64,000 bases of DNA from Hydrurus foetidus (Eukaryota): contig UYFQ01000005.1 in NCBI GenBank assembly GCA_900617105.1, positions 1 through 64,000 on the forward strand, written 5' to 3'. The notes under the pieces were generated by a model. It was not told the origin of the DNA. It saw only the letters and a program-made list of their open reading frames with translations, and ran no database searches. This document shows, piece after piece, positions 51,403 through 60,620 of the stretch; within the stretch, counting starts at the first letter, position 1; each line of letters begins with the position of its first letter. The translations under genes were made by a program, and so were the position numbers.

Positions 51403-53388
51403 ATGTCAACATCTGAACCAACCACCACCCGACCTCATGCACAGCATGCAGTCATCAGCCTGTGGAGTGCCATCGCCATAGGGCTTTCGGCTTGCGGCGG
51501 CGGAGGCGGAGGCGGAGGCGGAGGTGAAACCGTGACCGTAGCGCCACCAGCAGCGGTTGTTCCAGCGCCTGCGCCAGTAGTGCCCATCACGCCAACGCCT
51601 GCACCTGTTCCTACAGTACAAAAAATACGCTTGATGGTAGGAGACGATGCAACCCCAGGCAACCTGGATGGCGCACCAGCAGCTGCACGCTTTACAACAG
51701 CTTATGCCGCGTACAGGACAGTTACAGGTGACTACTGGGTTCGGGACTATCAGTCTTGGCGAAAAGTAAGTGCTACTGGGGATGTCACTACAGTGGAATC
51801 ACCGTTTCCCATCACCTATAGCGGCTTTCCTCAAGTGTGCGTAGACAGCCAAGGGAGCATGATCTATGGTGGTGGTGAACGGCTCTTCAAAATGACTTTC
51901 AGTGGAACAGTAACGGAGCAAACTCTCAACTTTGTTTCAGGCACTGCATTTACTACGTTTCCTGTTCTTAATACCTGCGCCTCAGATACGCAAGGCAATT
52001 TCTGGATTCTGGATCAGGGTTCTTTGCGCAAAATTGCAGCCAACGGAACAGTTACCACCGTTGCTGGATCAAAGGGTGTATTCGGCTCGACCGATGGGCA
52101 AGGATCAGCCGCATCGCTTATGAATGGCTCTTCGGGTATGGCAGCGGACAGTAAAGGCAATATATACATCGCAGACTTTGCAGTTCATACGGTTCGTAAA
52201 GTTACACCAGCCGGTTTAGTCACCACATACGCAGGCAAGATCTATCAAGGTGGGCATGTTGACGGCGATGGCTCTGTCTCGCGCTTAGGAATGCCGGAGT
52301 TTCTGTTTATCGATTCAGCTGACAATTTGATCGTGTCCGAGCAAGTGGGTTGGTTACGAAAAATAAGCCCTCAAGGCTATGTCACCACCCTTTCAACTCC
52401 CGGTGGACGCTTAGGAATGGTGTCCAGCAATGGCAAAGGCGGGTTCATCATACCGAGGGGATCGCAGCTGCTTGAGGTGGATGCGGATGGTGCTACGTGG
52501 GTCCTTGCCGGGCCTGGCGCAGGGAGGCTGTTTACTGCAAGTACCGGTAATACTACGACTATCTATTCCATATCGGCGACCCAAAATGGCGATTTGCTGA
52601 CGTTTGACAGCAATAACAACTTGAGCCAATGGTCATCGAGCGGTGGCTCTAGTGCATGGGTATCAAGCTCCAATCTTAATTTGCCCGTGGCGGCAATGGC
52701 ATCAAATGCAGACGACAACATTTTTCTTTTAACAAATGGCTACCCAGACCCAAGGCCTTTTGCACTAGGCTTCATCGGTAGCCAGGTTTGGCAAACCTCA
52801 GCTTCAGGAACTTTTTCCAAAATTTGGAGTGACGATACGGTGCATCCATGGAAAATAAGCACCGATTATTTAGGCAACATCTATATCGTCGTATTCGATC
52901 AACTTGGCACAAAGTTAATCAAAATTGACAAAGGCACATGGAAGGTTACCCAAACACCAACTTCTCTGACCTTTCCCACCGCAAGAGGAGTCATCGCAAT
53001 TGATGCCAATGGCAATGTTTACTTTGCGGGTAATGGAGCTATTTGGGTTATTTCATCTGCAACAGGCCAAACCACCTTGCTAGCTGGCAGCAAAAATGGG
53101 GAGATAGGTACCCGCGATGGGCAGGGATCACAAGCACGCTTTGGTACTGATTTGTATGGCATCGCCGCTGATGCAAAAGGCAATGTGTGGGTCTCTGACA
53201 CCGACACTGTTCGTAAAATTGACACTACAGGCAATGTCACAACGGTAGCTGGCACAGCGGGCAAGCAAGGCATCACCCTCGGTGGCTTACCCGGCACACT
53301 CTACACCCCAGGAGCCATCGCTGTAAACCCTAGAGGCGGTGTGTATGTCAAAAGTGGCGACGCTGTCTTGAGCATTTCCCCACCTTAA
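51403..53388 (+). CDS. NHL-repeat beta-propeller lipoprotein, copy 1
   Basis: Lipobox LSAC, G10 and Pro-rich linker, repeated D..GN(I/V)(Y/W)(I/V).D...VRK(I/V)...G.VTT.AG blades. Confidence 0.88.
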   Translation: MSTSEPTTTRPHAQHAVISLWSAIAIGLSACGGGGGGGGGGETVTVAPPAAVVPAPAPVVPITPTPAPVPTVQKIRLMVGDDATPGNLDGAPAAARFTTAYAAYRTVTGDYWVRDYQSWRKVSATGDVTTVESPFPITYSGFPQVCVDSQGSMIYGGGERLFKMTFSGTVTEQTLNFVSGTAFTTFPVLNTCASDTQGNFWILDQGSLRKIAANGTVTTVAGSKGVFGSTDGQGSAASLMNGSSGMAADSKGNIYIADFAVHTVRKVTPAGLVTTYAGKIYQGGHVDGDGSVSRLGMPEFLFIDSADNLIVSEQVGWLRKISPQGYVTTLSTPGGRLGMVSSNGKGGFIIPRGSQLLEVDADGATWVLAGPGAGRLFTASTGNTTTIYSISATQNGDLLTFDSNNNLSQWSSSGGSSAWVSSSNLNLPVAAMASNADDNIFLLTNGYPDPRPFALGFIGSQVWQTSASGTFSKIWSDDTVHPWKISTDYLGNIYIVVFDQLGTKLIKIDKGTWKVTQTPTSLTFPTARGVIAIDANGNVYFAGNGAIWVISSATGQTTLLAGSKNGEIGTRDGQGSQARFGTDLYGIAADAKGNVWVSDTDTVRKIDTTGNVTTVAGTAGKQGITLGGLPGTLYTPGAIAVNPRGGVYVKSGDAVLSISPP

Positions 53389-53590
53389 CTGGGCGTGCAT
53401 TCATGGTTTTCAAAGAGAGAACCATGATTTACCACCCTCCTCACCCCTCAAACTGCGGATGCAGCTGCCGAATCCACCCCATCGCCTCACCCACAAGTCC
53501 ATGCCCTGCGTACTGCTGGGCAACAATTTTTGACGCGCTTTTCAATGCGCAGAGACAGCGATGTGATGGTGCTGGAGCGGCGATACTGAC
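53389..53590. pseudogene. Duplicated 3' fragments of the response regulator (-) and aspartic protease (+)
   Basis: Near-identical to 58642-58741 and 51182-51291 with substitutions and 1-bp indels. Confidence 0.85.
53401..53427. terminator. Hairpin after NHL gene 1 (second copy at 58654-58682)
   Basis: TCATGGTT...AACCATGA. Confidence 0.55.
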
Positions 53591-53607
53591 AAAGACATCG
53601 CCATTCC

Positions 53608-53679
53608 ATATAATCTTTATATAATCTTTATATAATCTTTATATAATCTTTATATAATCTTTATATAATCTTTATATAA
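53608..53679 (+). repeat. (ATATAATCTTT)x6 plus partial unit
   Basis: Six exact units 53608-53673 then ATATAA; CTGACA at 53586-53591 is 17 nt before the first TATAAT. Confidence 0.97.
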
Positions 53680-54726
53680 CACACCAAAATGGGAGTAACT
53701 ATGTCAACATCTGAACCAACCACCACCAGACCTCATGCATGGCATGCGGTCATCAGCCTATGGAGCGCCATCGCCATAGGGCTTTCGGCTTGCGGCGGCG
53801 GCGGCGGAGGTGAAACCGTGACCGTAGCGCCACCAGCAGCGGTTGTTCCAGCGCCTGCGCCAGTAGTGCCCATCACGCCAACGCCAACGCCTGTTCCTGC
53901 TCCAGTTCCTGTTTCAGTTCCAGTTCTACCAAACTCAGTCAGTTTGTTTGCTGGCGACTTAGCCTCCCCTGGCAATCTAGATGGTGCAGCAGGATCTGCC
54001 CGCTTCGTTTTCCCAACAGCGGTGTACCGTTTGCCTACAGACGACTACATGATGGTCGATAACGATCTTGTGCGCAAAGTGAGCAAAACTGGTGCAGTCA
54101 GCACCGTGACACCATTCCCTGCCACCTACACCGATACCAGCGGCATATCAACGAATGGGATTTACCCCAGGCTGGGTTTTGACAGTGAAGGAAATATGCT
54201 CTATGGAACTGGCACATCGCTGGTAAAAATAACACTCAGTGGCAGTGTCACGACCAGAACGCTCAGTTTTGGCAACGAAAGCACTTTCACAGAAATTTCT
54301 GCCATTGCCTCTGACACGCTGGGCAATATATGGGTAATGGATCAATCAACCTTGCGAAAAATCTCTGTCAACGGCACTGTAACCACCATTGCAGGATCGA
54401 AAGGAGTAACAGGTTGGAAAAATGGACAAGGCGCCACCGCTTCATTCACCAATGCATCTGGTTTAGCGCCTGACAGCAAAGGCAATATATACGTTTCAGA
54501 TGTGAATGCGCACACGATTCGCAAAGTTACCCCAGCAGGCTCCGTCAGTACTTTGGCGGGTGTTACCCAGCAGGAAGGCCATACAGATGGCGATGCTGCA
54601 ATTGCCCGACTGACGTCTCCTCGCTATATATTCGTTGATGCTGCGGACAACCTGATCGTTACCGGGCATGTTTTTGCAGTGCGCAAGATCACACCTGAAG
54701 GGCGTGTTTCAACAATACCCTTAACC

Positions 54727-56136
54727 CATCTCGTTATACACAAATCCCCTGAGCCAGAAGCTCCCGTGAGAACCTGATCCCAGCAGCGAAGTCAATGATG
54801 CGCTGCATACCCAGCCAGATGGTTTTGACACCCGGCTCCCCATCCCCTTTGCGTGCCAAGAAACCACCCAGACGAGCGACCAGTCGAACCACTTCATTCA
54901 GGGTGGGCGGCTTGTCCGGTATCTTTTCTTTGTTCAGGATGTAGGCGGCCTTCCATTCATCCGCCTCAAACATGAGTGCCGCATCCATTTCCGGGCAACT
55001 GCGCCCCAGTCGCATCAGCCGCGCAATACGCCACGCGACGATCATGTACATCACCACCGCACGCTCGATCCTGTCAATGTCGCCCAGCTGCAATGCCTCC
55101 ACGTGGCAACCGTTCTTGAGGACATGGAAGAACATCTCTATCTCCCAGCGGGCGCGGTACCAGTCGATCATCTCGGTGGCCTGTGCCAGTGTGGCCACGT
55201 CCCGGTTGGTCAGCAGTCGCCATTCGATGGCCGTCTGTCCCGCTGGTGGTGTCATCTCGCGTGCCACGATGCAGCTGGCTGTGACAAAGCCGCCTTTGCC
55301 GTCGCGCAGTTGCACGGTTTTAGCCCACACCTGTTGCTCTACCTCGCGGGTGGCTTTGCCCTGTCGCGCAGGCATGGTGAAACGGATCGTGCCCAGGGCT
55401 TGGGTGGCCGTTACTTGGGGCCACAGTTTGGCTCCCGCCCCCAGTGCGCGGTTGTGTTTGGAGCGCACCAGCCAGTCCACCGGGGTTTGGAGTTCGCGGG
55501 CACGCACCATTAACTCCATGATGTCGGCCTCGCGGTCTGCCAAGTACACCAGTCGGGTAAGGGGCAGCAGCGGGGCTATCTCGGCCAGGCGTTCGTAGCC
55601 TTCTGTCCAGCGCAAACTCTCGCTGACTCCGGGGCGTGTGCCGTCAGCATTTTTTGCCTTGCGTGCCCACATCCATGCGTCCAGCACGCCCAGCGGTTCG
55701 CGGGTGGTAGAAATGGCGTAGGTGGGGTGCAGGTACATGCCGCGCTGTGGGGCGTAGCTCAGGGGTCCCAGTCCCGCAGCTTGTTGGCCGTTGAAGTCGA
55801 GTTCGGTGGTGTCTTGGATGCACAGCACGACGGGGTGCGCCGCCATACGGGTCATGCTGCTTTGGACGTGGGGCTCCAAGATGTCAGTCCATTCGAAGGC
55901 ATCGTTGTCGAAGAAGCGGTACGCCCCCAAGGTGTCGGCCCAGTCCCCGCAGGCTTGGGGGATGCTACCGGTGGGCATCGCGCTGAAGCCTTCCATCATC
56001 TTGATTGCACGTTTGTTGCGCCTCTTGTCGCCCAAATCCATCGTCTCAAACTCCCTTTTTGCCCAGTTCACTTGTGTTTCATGCTATTAAATTCGCAGCA
56101 TACCTTAGGCTCGGGAGAGTTGTGTATAACGAGATG
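54727..56136 (-). mobile_element. IS4-family (IS50/Tn5-like) element, copy A
   Basis: 17-bp IR CATCTCGTTATACACAA; target duplication CCCTTAACC (54718-54726, 56137-56145). Confidence 0.96.
54734..56071 (-). CDS. IS4-family transposase
   Basis: DTTELDF, ADREAD, YRARWEIEMFFHVLK. Confidence 0.96.
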   Translation of the reverse strand: MNWAKREFETMDLGDKRRNKRAIKMMEGFSAMPTGSIPQACGDWADTLGAYRFFDNDAFEWTDILEPHVQSSMTRMAAHPVVLCIQDTTELDFNGQQAAGLGPLSYAPQRGMYLHPTYAISTTREPLGVLDAWMWARKAKNADGTRPGVSESLRWTEGYERLAEIAPLLPLTRLVYLADREADIMELMVRARELQTPVDWLVRSKHNRALGAGAKLWPQVTATQALGTIRFTMPARQGKATREVEQQVWAKTVQLRDGKGGFVTASCIVAREMTPPAGQTAIEWRLLTNRDVATLAQATEMIDWYRARWEIEMFFHVLKNGCHVEALQLGDIDRIERAVVMYMIVAWRIARLMRLGRSCPEMDAALMFEADEWKAAYILNKEKIPDKPPTLNEVVRLVARLGGFLARKGDGEPGVKTIWLGMQRIIDFAAGIRFSRELLAQGICV

Positions 56137-57037
56137 CCCTTAACCCCAGGGCCTGCCGGGCTGGTTGCCTCGAACGGGAAAGGTGGATTTGTCGTACCCA
56201 TCAATGGCATGAAGGCACGCCTTTTGGAAATGGATGCAAACAGCACCATGGGTACTTTTTCTGGCCCTAATGCTGGAGGTGCAAGCACTTTGAATAATGT
56301 GACGTCCTTGGCTGAGGGCTACCTTCATCCAGAATTATTGCTTTCACCAGTGTCCGGCAATTTAATACTTATAAAAAGCGGAACCATCCACGAAGAATGG
56401 TCGAACAATGGCATTGTTAGCACACGGCAAATAAATTCACCTGGGAGCAATTTCTCATTAGATATGAAAACTGTTATCGATTCAGATGGCAATATATTTA
56501 CATTATATTTAAAAGAAAAAAATTTAAATTTTATTATTACCGAATATTCAAATGAACTTTGGAAAATAACACCCTCTGGAATTGCTGTAAAAATTTGGGC
56601 CGACGACCTTAGCAACGATAATAAACATTACAACTACAACTTTATCGATAAAATTGGTATTGGCATCGACGCCTTAGGTAACGTCTTACTTACTGAGTCA
56701 ACCAATTCTCGTTTATCCAAAGTGATTATTATCGAAAAAAATACAGGAAAAATCAGCGAAACAATCTTAAAAGCGCCCTCTTCCGTTGGAACTTTGAATA
56801 TCGAAAGAGTAACTTTTGATAAAAAAGGTAATCTCTATATAGCGGCGAACTACGCTATTTGGGTTGCATCTACCGATGGTCAAATCAAATTGCTTGCAGG
56901 TCAAGCAGGTGTGCCCGGTAGTGCGGATGGGCAGGGAGTCCAAGCTCAATTTGGTCAAACATCCAAAATCCAATCGCCTTTTGGAGGCATGGCAGTTGAT
57001 GCAGTAGGCAACGTTTGGGTATCTGACACTCTTAACC

Positions 57038-58447
57038 CATCTCGTTATACACAACTCTCCCGAGCCTAAGGTATGCTGCGAATTTAATAGCATGAAACAC
57101 AAGTGAACTGGGCAAAAAGGGAGTTTGAGACGATGGATTTGGGCGACAAGAGGCGCAACAAACGTGCAATCAAGATGATGGAAGGCTTCAGCGCGATGCC
57201 CACCGGTAGCATCCCCCAAGCCTGCGGGGACTGGGCCGACACCTTGGGGGCGTACCGCTTCTTCGACAACGATGCCTTCGAATGGACTGACATCTTGGAG
57301 CCCCACGTCCAAAGCAGCATGACCCGTATGGCGGCGCACCCCGTCGTGCTGTGCATCCAAGACACCACCGAACTCGACTTCAACGGCCAACAAGCTGCGG
57401 GACTGGGACCCCTGAGCTACGCCCCACAGCGCGGCATGTACCTGCACCCCACCTACGCCATTTCTACCACCCGCGAACCGCTGGGCGTGCTGGACGCATG
57501 GATGTGGGCACGCAAGGCAAAAAATGCTGACGGCACACGCCCCGGAGTCAGCGAGAGTTTGCGCTGGACAGAAGGCTACGAACGCCTGGCCGAGATAGCC
57601 CCGCTGCTGCCCCTTACCCGACTGGTGTACTTGGCAGACCGCGAGGCCGACATCATGGAGTTAATGGTGCGTGCCCGCGAACTCCAAACCCCGGTGGACT
57701 GGCTGGTGCGCTCCAAACACAACCGCGCACTGGGGGCGGGAGCCAAACTGTGGCCCCAAGTAACGGCCACCCAAGCCCTGGGCACGATCCGTTTCACCAT
57801 GCCTGCGCGACAGGGCAAAGCCACCCGCGAGGTAGAGCAACAGGTGTGGGCTAAAACCGTGCAACTGCGCGACGGCAAAGGCGGCTTTGTCACAGCCAGC
57901 TGCATCGTGGCACGCGAGATGACACCACCAGCGGGACAGACGGCCATCGAATGGCGACTGCTGACCAACCGGGACGTGGCCACACTGGCACAGGCCACCG
58001 AGATGATCGACTGGTACCGCGCCCGCTGGGAGATAGAGATGTTCTTCCATGTCCTCAAGAACGGTTGCCACGTGGAGGCATTGCAGCTGGGCGACATTGA
58101 CAGGATCGAGCGTGCGGTGGTGATGTACATGATCGTCGCGTGGCGTATTGCGCGGCTGATGCGACTGGGGCGCAGTTGCCCGGAAATGGATGCGGCACTC
58201 ATGTTTGAGGCGGATGAATGGAAGGCCGCCTACATCCTGAACAAAGAAAAGATACCGGACAAGCCGCCCACCCTGAATGAAGTGGTTCGACTGGTCGCTC
58301 GTCTGGGTGGTTTCTTGGCACGCAAAGGGGATGGGGAGCCGGGTGTCAAAACCATCTGGCTGGGTATGCAGCGCATCATTGACTTCGCTGCTGGGATCAG
58401 GTTCTCACGGGAGCTTCTGGCTCAGGGGATTTGTGTATAACGAGATG
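57038..58447 (+). mobile_element. IS4-family (IS50/Tn5-like) element, copy B, inverted relative to A
   Basis: Same IRs and length; target duplication CTCTTAACC (57029-57037, 58448-58456). Confidence 0.96.
57103..58440 (+). CDS. IS4-family transposase
   Basis: Protein identical to 54734..56071. Confidence 0.96.
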   Translation: MNWAKREFETMDLGDKRRNKRAIKMMEGFSAMPTGSIPQACGDWADTLGAYRFFDNDAFEWTDILEPHVQSSMTRMAAHPVVLCIQDTTELDFNGQQAAGLGPLSYAPQRGMYLHPTYAISTTREPLGVLDAWMWARKAKNADGTRPGVSESLRWTEGYERLAEIAPLLPLTRLVYLADREADIMELMVRARELQTPVDWLVRSKHNRALGAGAKLWPQVTATQALGTIRFTMPARQGKATREVEQQVWAKTVQLRDGKGGFVTASCIVAREMTPPAGQTAIEWRLLTNRDVATLAQATEMIDWYRARWEIEMFFHVLKNGCHVEALQLGDIDRIERAVVMYMIVAWRIARLMRLGRSCPEMDAALMFEADEWKAAYILNKEKIPDKPPTLNEVVRLVARLGGFLARKGDGEPGVKTIWLGMQRIIDFAAGIRFSRELLAQGICV

Positions 58448-58683
58448 CTCTTAACCATACTGTGCGGAAAATTGATGCTAGAGGCAATGTCACAACAGTA
58501 GCAGGCACACCGGGCAAGTTCGGCAATTCTGTGGGCGGCTTACCGGGCACGCTGTTTTACCCAGGCTCTATTACTGTCAATGCCAAAGGAGTGGTCAACG
58601 TCATCAGTGGTGATGCCATTTTGAACATTTCAGCCCCCTAACAGGGCGTGCACTCATGGTTTTCAAAAAGAGAGAACCATGAT

Positions 58684-59811
58684 TTACCACCCTCCTCCCC
58701 CCTCAAACTGCGGATGCAGCTGCCGAATCCGCCCCATCGCCATCCCCGCTGCCGCCGTGCGCGTTTCCACACCCAGTTTGACGAACACCCGCTCCAGGTG
58801 CTTTTTCACTGTGGCGGGGCTGGCACCCAGAATGTCGCCGATGTCGCGGTTGATTTTGCCCTTCACCACCCAGTACAGCACCTCGGCTTCGCGGCTGGTG
58901 AGTTTGAAGCTCAGGCTCATGGCTTCGATGAGGGCGGCGTCGTTGGATTCGCGCATCACCAAGAGCCAATCGCCGCCGCCTTCGCTGTCACCGGCTTGCT
59001 GGTGCAGGCGCAGGGTCAGGCGGCGGGCACCGTGTTCGACCACCAAGCGTGGTGGCTCGGTGGGAGGGGTGTCGGACAGCATGTGCGGCACGTTGCGGCG
59101 CAGCCAATCGAGCACCGAGGGGGGTACGGTGTGACTGGGAGGCAATACGTGATGGGATGTGGGTATCGATTGGGGCGGCGCTGCATCAGATGAAAAAGCA
59201 TCTTCTAGCACACCAAATGGGCGCAGGTAGCTATCAAAATAGGACTCCAACAACGCCCTTGCCAGCGGAGTTTGCCAGCTGATGCGGCCATCGCTCAGGC
59301 GCACGGTGATGCTGGCGTAGCCGAAAGCGTCCAGGGCGCTGCGGGCTTGGCGGGCTACCTGGGTTTGCTGGCGGGCGCGGCGGGCACCTTGCAGGTGTAC
59401 ACCCATGCGGGCCAGCATTTCTTGGGTTTTGATGGGTTTGGTGAGGTAGTCCACGCCGCCCGCTTCCAAAGCGGCCACCAAATGCTCGGTCTCGGTGAGG
59501 CCAGTCATGAAGATGATGGGGATGTGGGCGGTGCTGGGGTTGGCTTTGAGCTGGCGGGCGACTTCAAAACCATCCATGCCGGGCATCACTGCGTCCAGCA
59601 GCACGATGTCGGGCAAGCCTTGCGCGGCACGCTGCAAAGCGGCTGCCCCGCTGGTGGCGACCAGCACGGTGTAGCCAGACTCGTCCAGCGCGTCGTGCAG
59701 CAGCGAAAGGTTGTCGGGCACGTCGTCCACGATCAGCACCACGTCGCTGTCGGCGCGGTCAGCTGCCAGGTTATTTTGAGAGTGTGGGGTCACGGTTTGA
59801 GGCGTTATCAC
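58684..59811 (-). CDS. Response regulator (REC + LuxR HTH)
   Basis: LIVDD, LLDAVMPGMDG, LTSREAEVL; GTG start overlaps upstream TGA. Confidence 0.93.
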   Translation of the reverse strand: MITPQTVTPHSQNNLAADRADSDVVLIVDDVPDNLSLLHDALDESGYTVLVATSGAAALQRAAQGLPDIVLLDAVMPGMDGFEVARQLKANPSTAHIPIIFMTGLTETEHLVAALEAGGVDYLTKPIKTQEMLARMGVHLQGARRARQQTQVARQARSALDAFGYASITVRLSDGRISWQTPLARALLESYFDSYLRPFGVLEDAFSSDAAPPQSIPTSHHVLPPSHTVPPSVLDWLRRNVPHMLSDTPPTEPPRLVVEHGARRLTLRLHQQAGDSEGGGDWLLVMRESNDAALIEAMSLSFKLTSREAEVLYWVVKGKINRDIGDILGASPATVKKHLERVFVKLGVETRTAAAGMAMGRIRQLHPQFEGGGGW

Positions 59812-60038
59812 AGTCGCCAATGGTTGCCCTGCATGGGCCGGTCACGCACGGGCCACACAGGGCAAAGCATTTGCACAACCTCCATCAGGCTCAACCACTC
59901 AGCAATGGGGTCGATCCCAGAAGCCTTGCCAAGCGACGGCTGAAAAGGCACACCCGCTTCGCACGCCAGCACCGTGCTTGCATCGCCACCGTTTACCGCC
60001 GTTTTAGCCGGTGTGTCGGCGTTATCCGAGAAGTTCAT
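59808..60038 (-). CDS. Small hypothetical protein (76 aa), probable partner of the nucleotidyltransferase
   Basis: Overlaps both neighbours; C-terminus DPIAEWLSLMEVVQMLCPVWP. Confidence 0.55.
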   Translation of the reverse strand: MNFSDNADTPAKTAVNGGDASTVLACEAGVPFQPSLGKASGIDPIAEWLSLMEVVQMLCPVWPVRDRPMQGNHWRL

Positions 60039-60540
60039 TGAGGAGTTCCGGTTTGTTGAACAGGGCAAAGTACGCACGTAACTCATCCATGTTGAGCGAC
60101 GCGCGGTGTATTTTCAGCAGTGCGCGAATATCGTCCAAGTCACGTGTTCGCGTGGCATCGTTCACGAAGCCTTGCAGTTTGAAGCCTATCAGCCCTTCGA
60201 CACTGATGACCCGCATGCGACCCATGGGGGTCTCACGTTCCGAGGCTTGCGCCAATAGGTGGCGCGCAAGGGGACGATGCGCGTAAAGTAAATCAAGCCC
60301 TTCCGCTGCACGCACATAGTTGGCGGCATTTTCGCTGCGATACAAGCACTCGTAGCCTAAATCCAGCAGCGCAATATGCACCCTGTCCGCCGCTTCGGCT
60401 TCCACCAAAAAATCTACATCCTTGGTAGCACGCACCACCTGGTGAGCAACCACTGCCAAGCCGCCAATCAAGGCTGGGGCGGTCGCATTGCGTGCAAACA
60501 TGGACAGCGCTTCGCGAATTTGTTCGGCAAGATTGGACAT
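60022..60540 (-). CDS. Pol-beta-superfamily nucleotidyltransferase (AbiEii-like)
   Basis: IGGLAV...RATKDVDF; late K...R.RDLDD motif. Confidence 0.85.
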   Translation of the reverse strand: MSNLAEQIREALSMFARNATAPALIGGLAVVAHQVVRATKDVDFLVEAEAADRVHIALLDLGYECLYRSENAANYVRAAEGLDLLYAHRPLARHLLAQASERETPMGRMRVISVEGLIGFKLQGFVNDATRTRDLDDIRALLKIHRASLNMDELRAYFALFNKPELLNELLG

Positions 60541-60620
60541 GTTTACTGCGTGAAATAAGGGTCGTGGGCATCATAGTGCTGCGCACAGGATGTTCAATCG
60601 CATTGTCACAGTGTCAACCC

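Larger units (their letters stand above)
53701..58641 (+). pseudogene. NHL-repeat lipoprotein copy 2, interrupted by two IS insertions
   Basis: Removing both 1410-bp IS and one copy of each 9-bp duplication restores a 2103-nt frame (700 aa) colinear with copy 1. Confidence 0.92.
51182..58741. repeat. Tandem duplication unit: protease 3' end, repeat array, NHL gene, response-regulator 3' end
   Basis: 51182-~51600 recurs at 53479-~53890; 58642-58741 recurs at 53389-53486; junction at CCATCG. Confidence 0.88.

Noticed and set aside
53403..53624. 73-aa ORF between the NHL genes
   Set aside because: Chance frame over duplicated fragments of the regulator and protease genes
51310..53679. Repeat arrays as CRISPR
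   Set aside because: Units are head-to-tail with no spacers and no cas genes are present
53689..57069. ORFs 53689-54777 and 56005-57069 as independent genes
   Set aside because: Fragments of NHL copy 2 with ends supplied by IS sequence
54727..58447. Imported composite transposon carrying a cargo gene
   Set aside because: Each IS has its own target duplication and the middle is the in-frame continuation of the disrupted NHL gene
51403..58641. Diversity-generating retroelement behind NHL variation
   Set aside because: No reverse transcriptase and no template/variable repeat pair differing only at adenines
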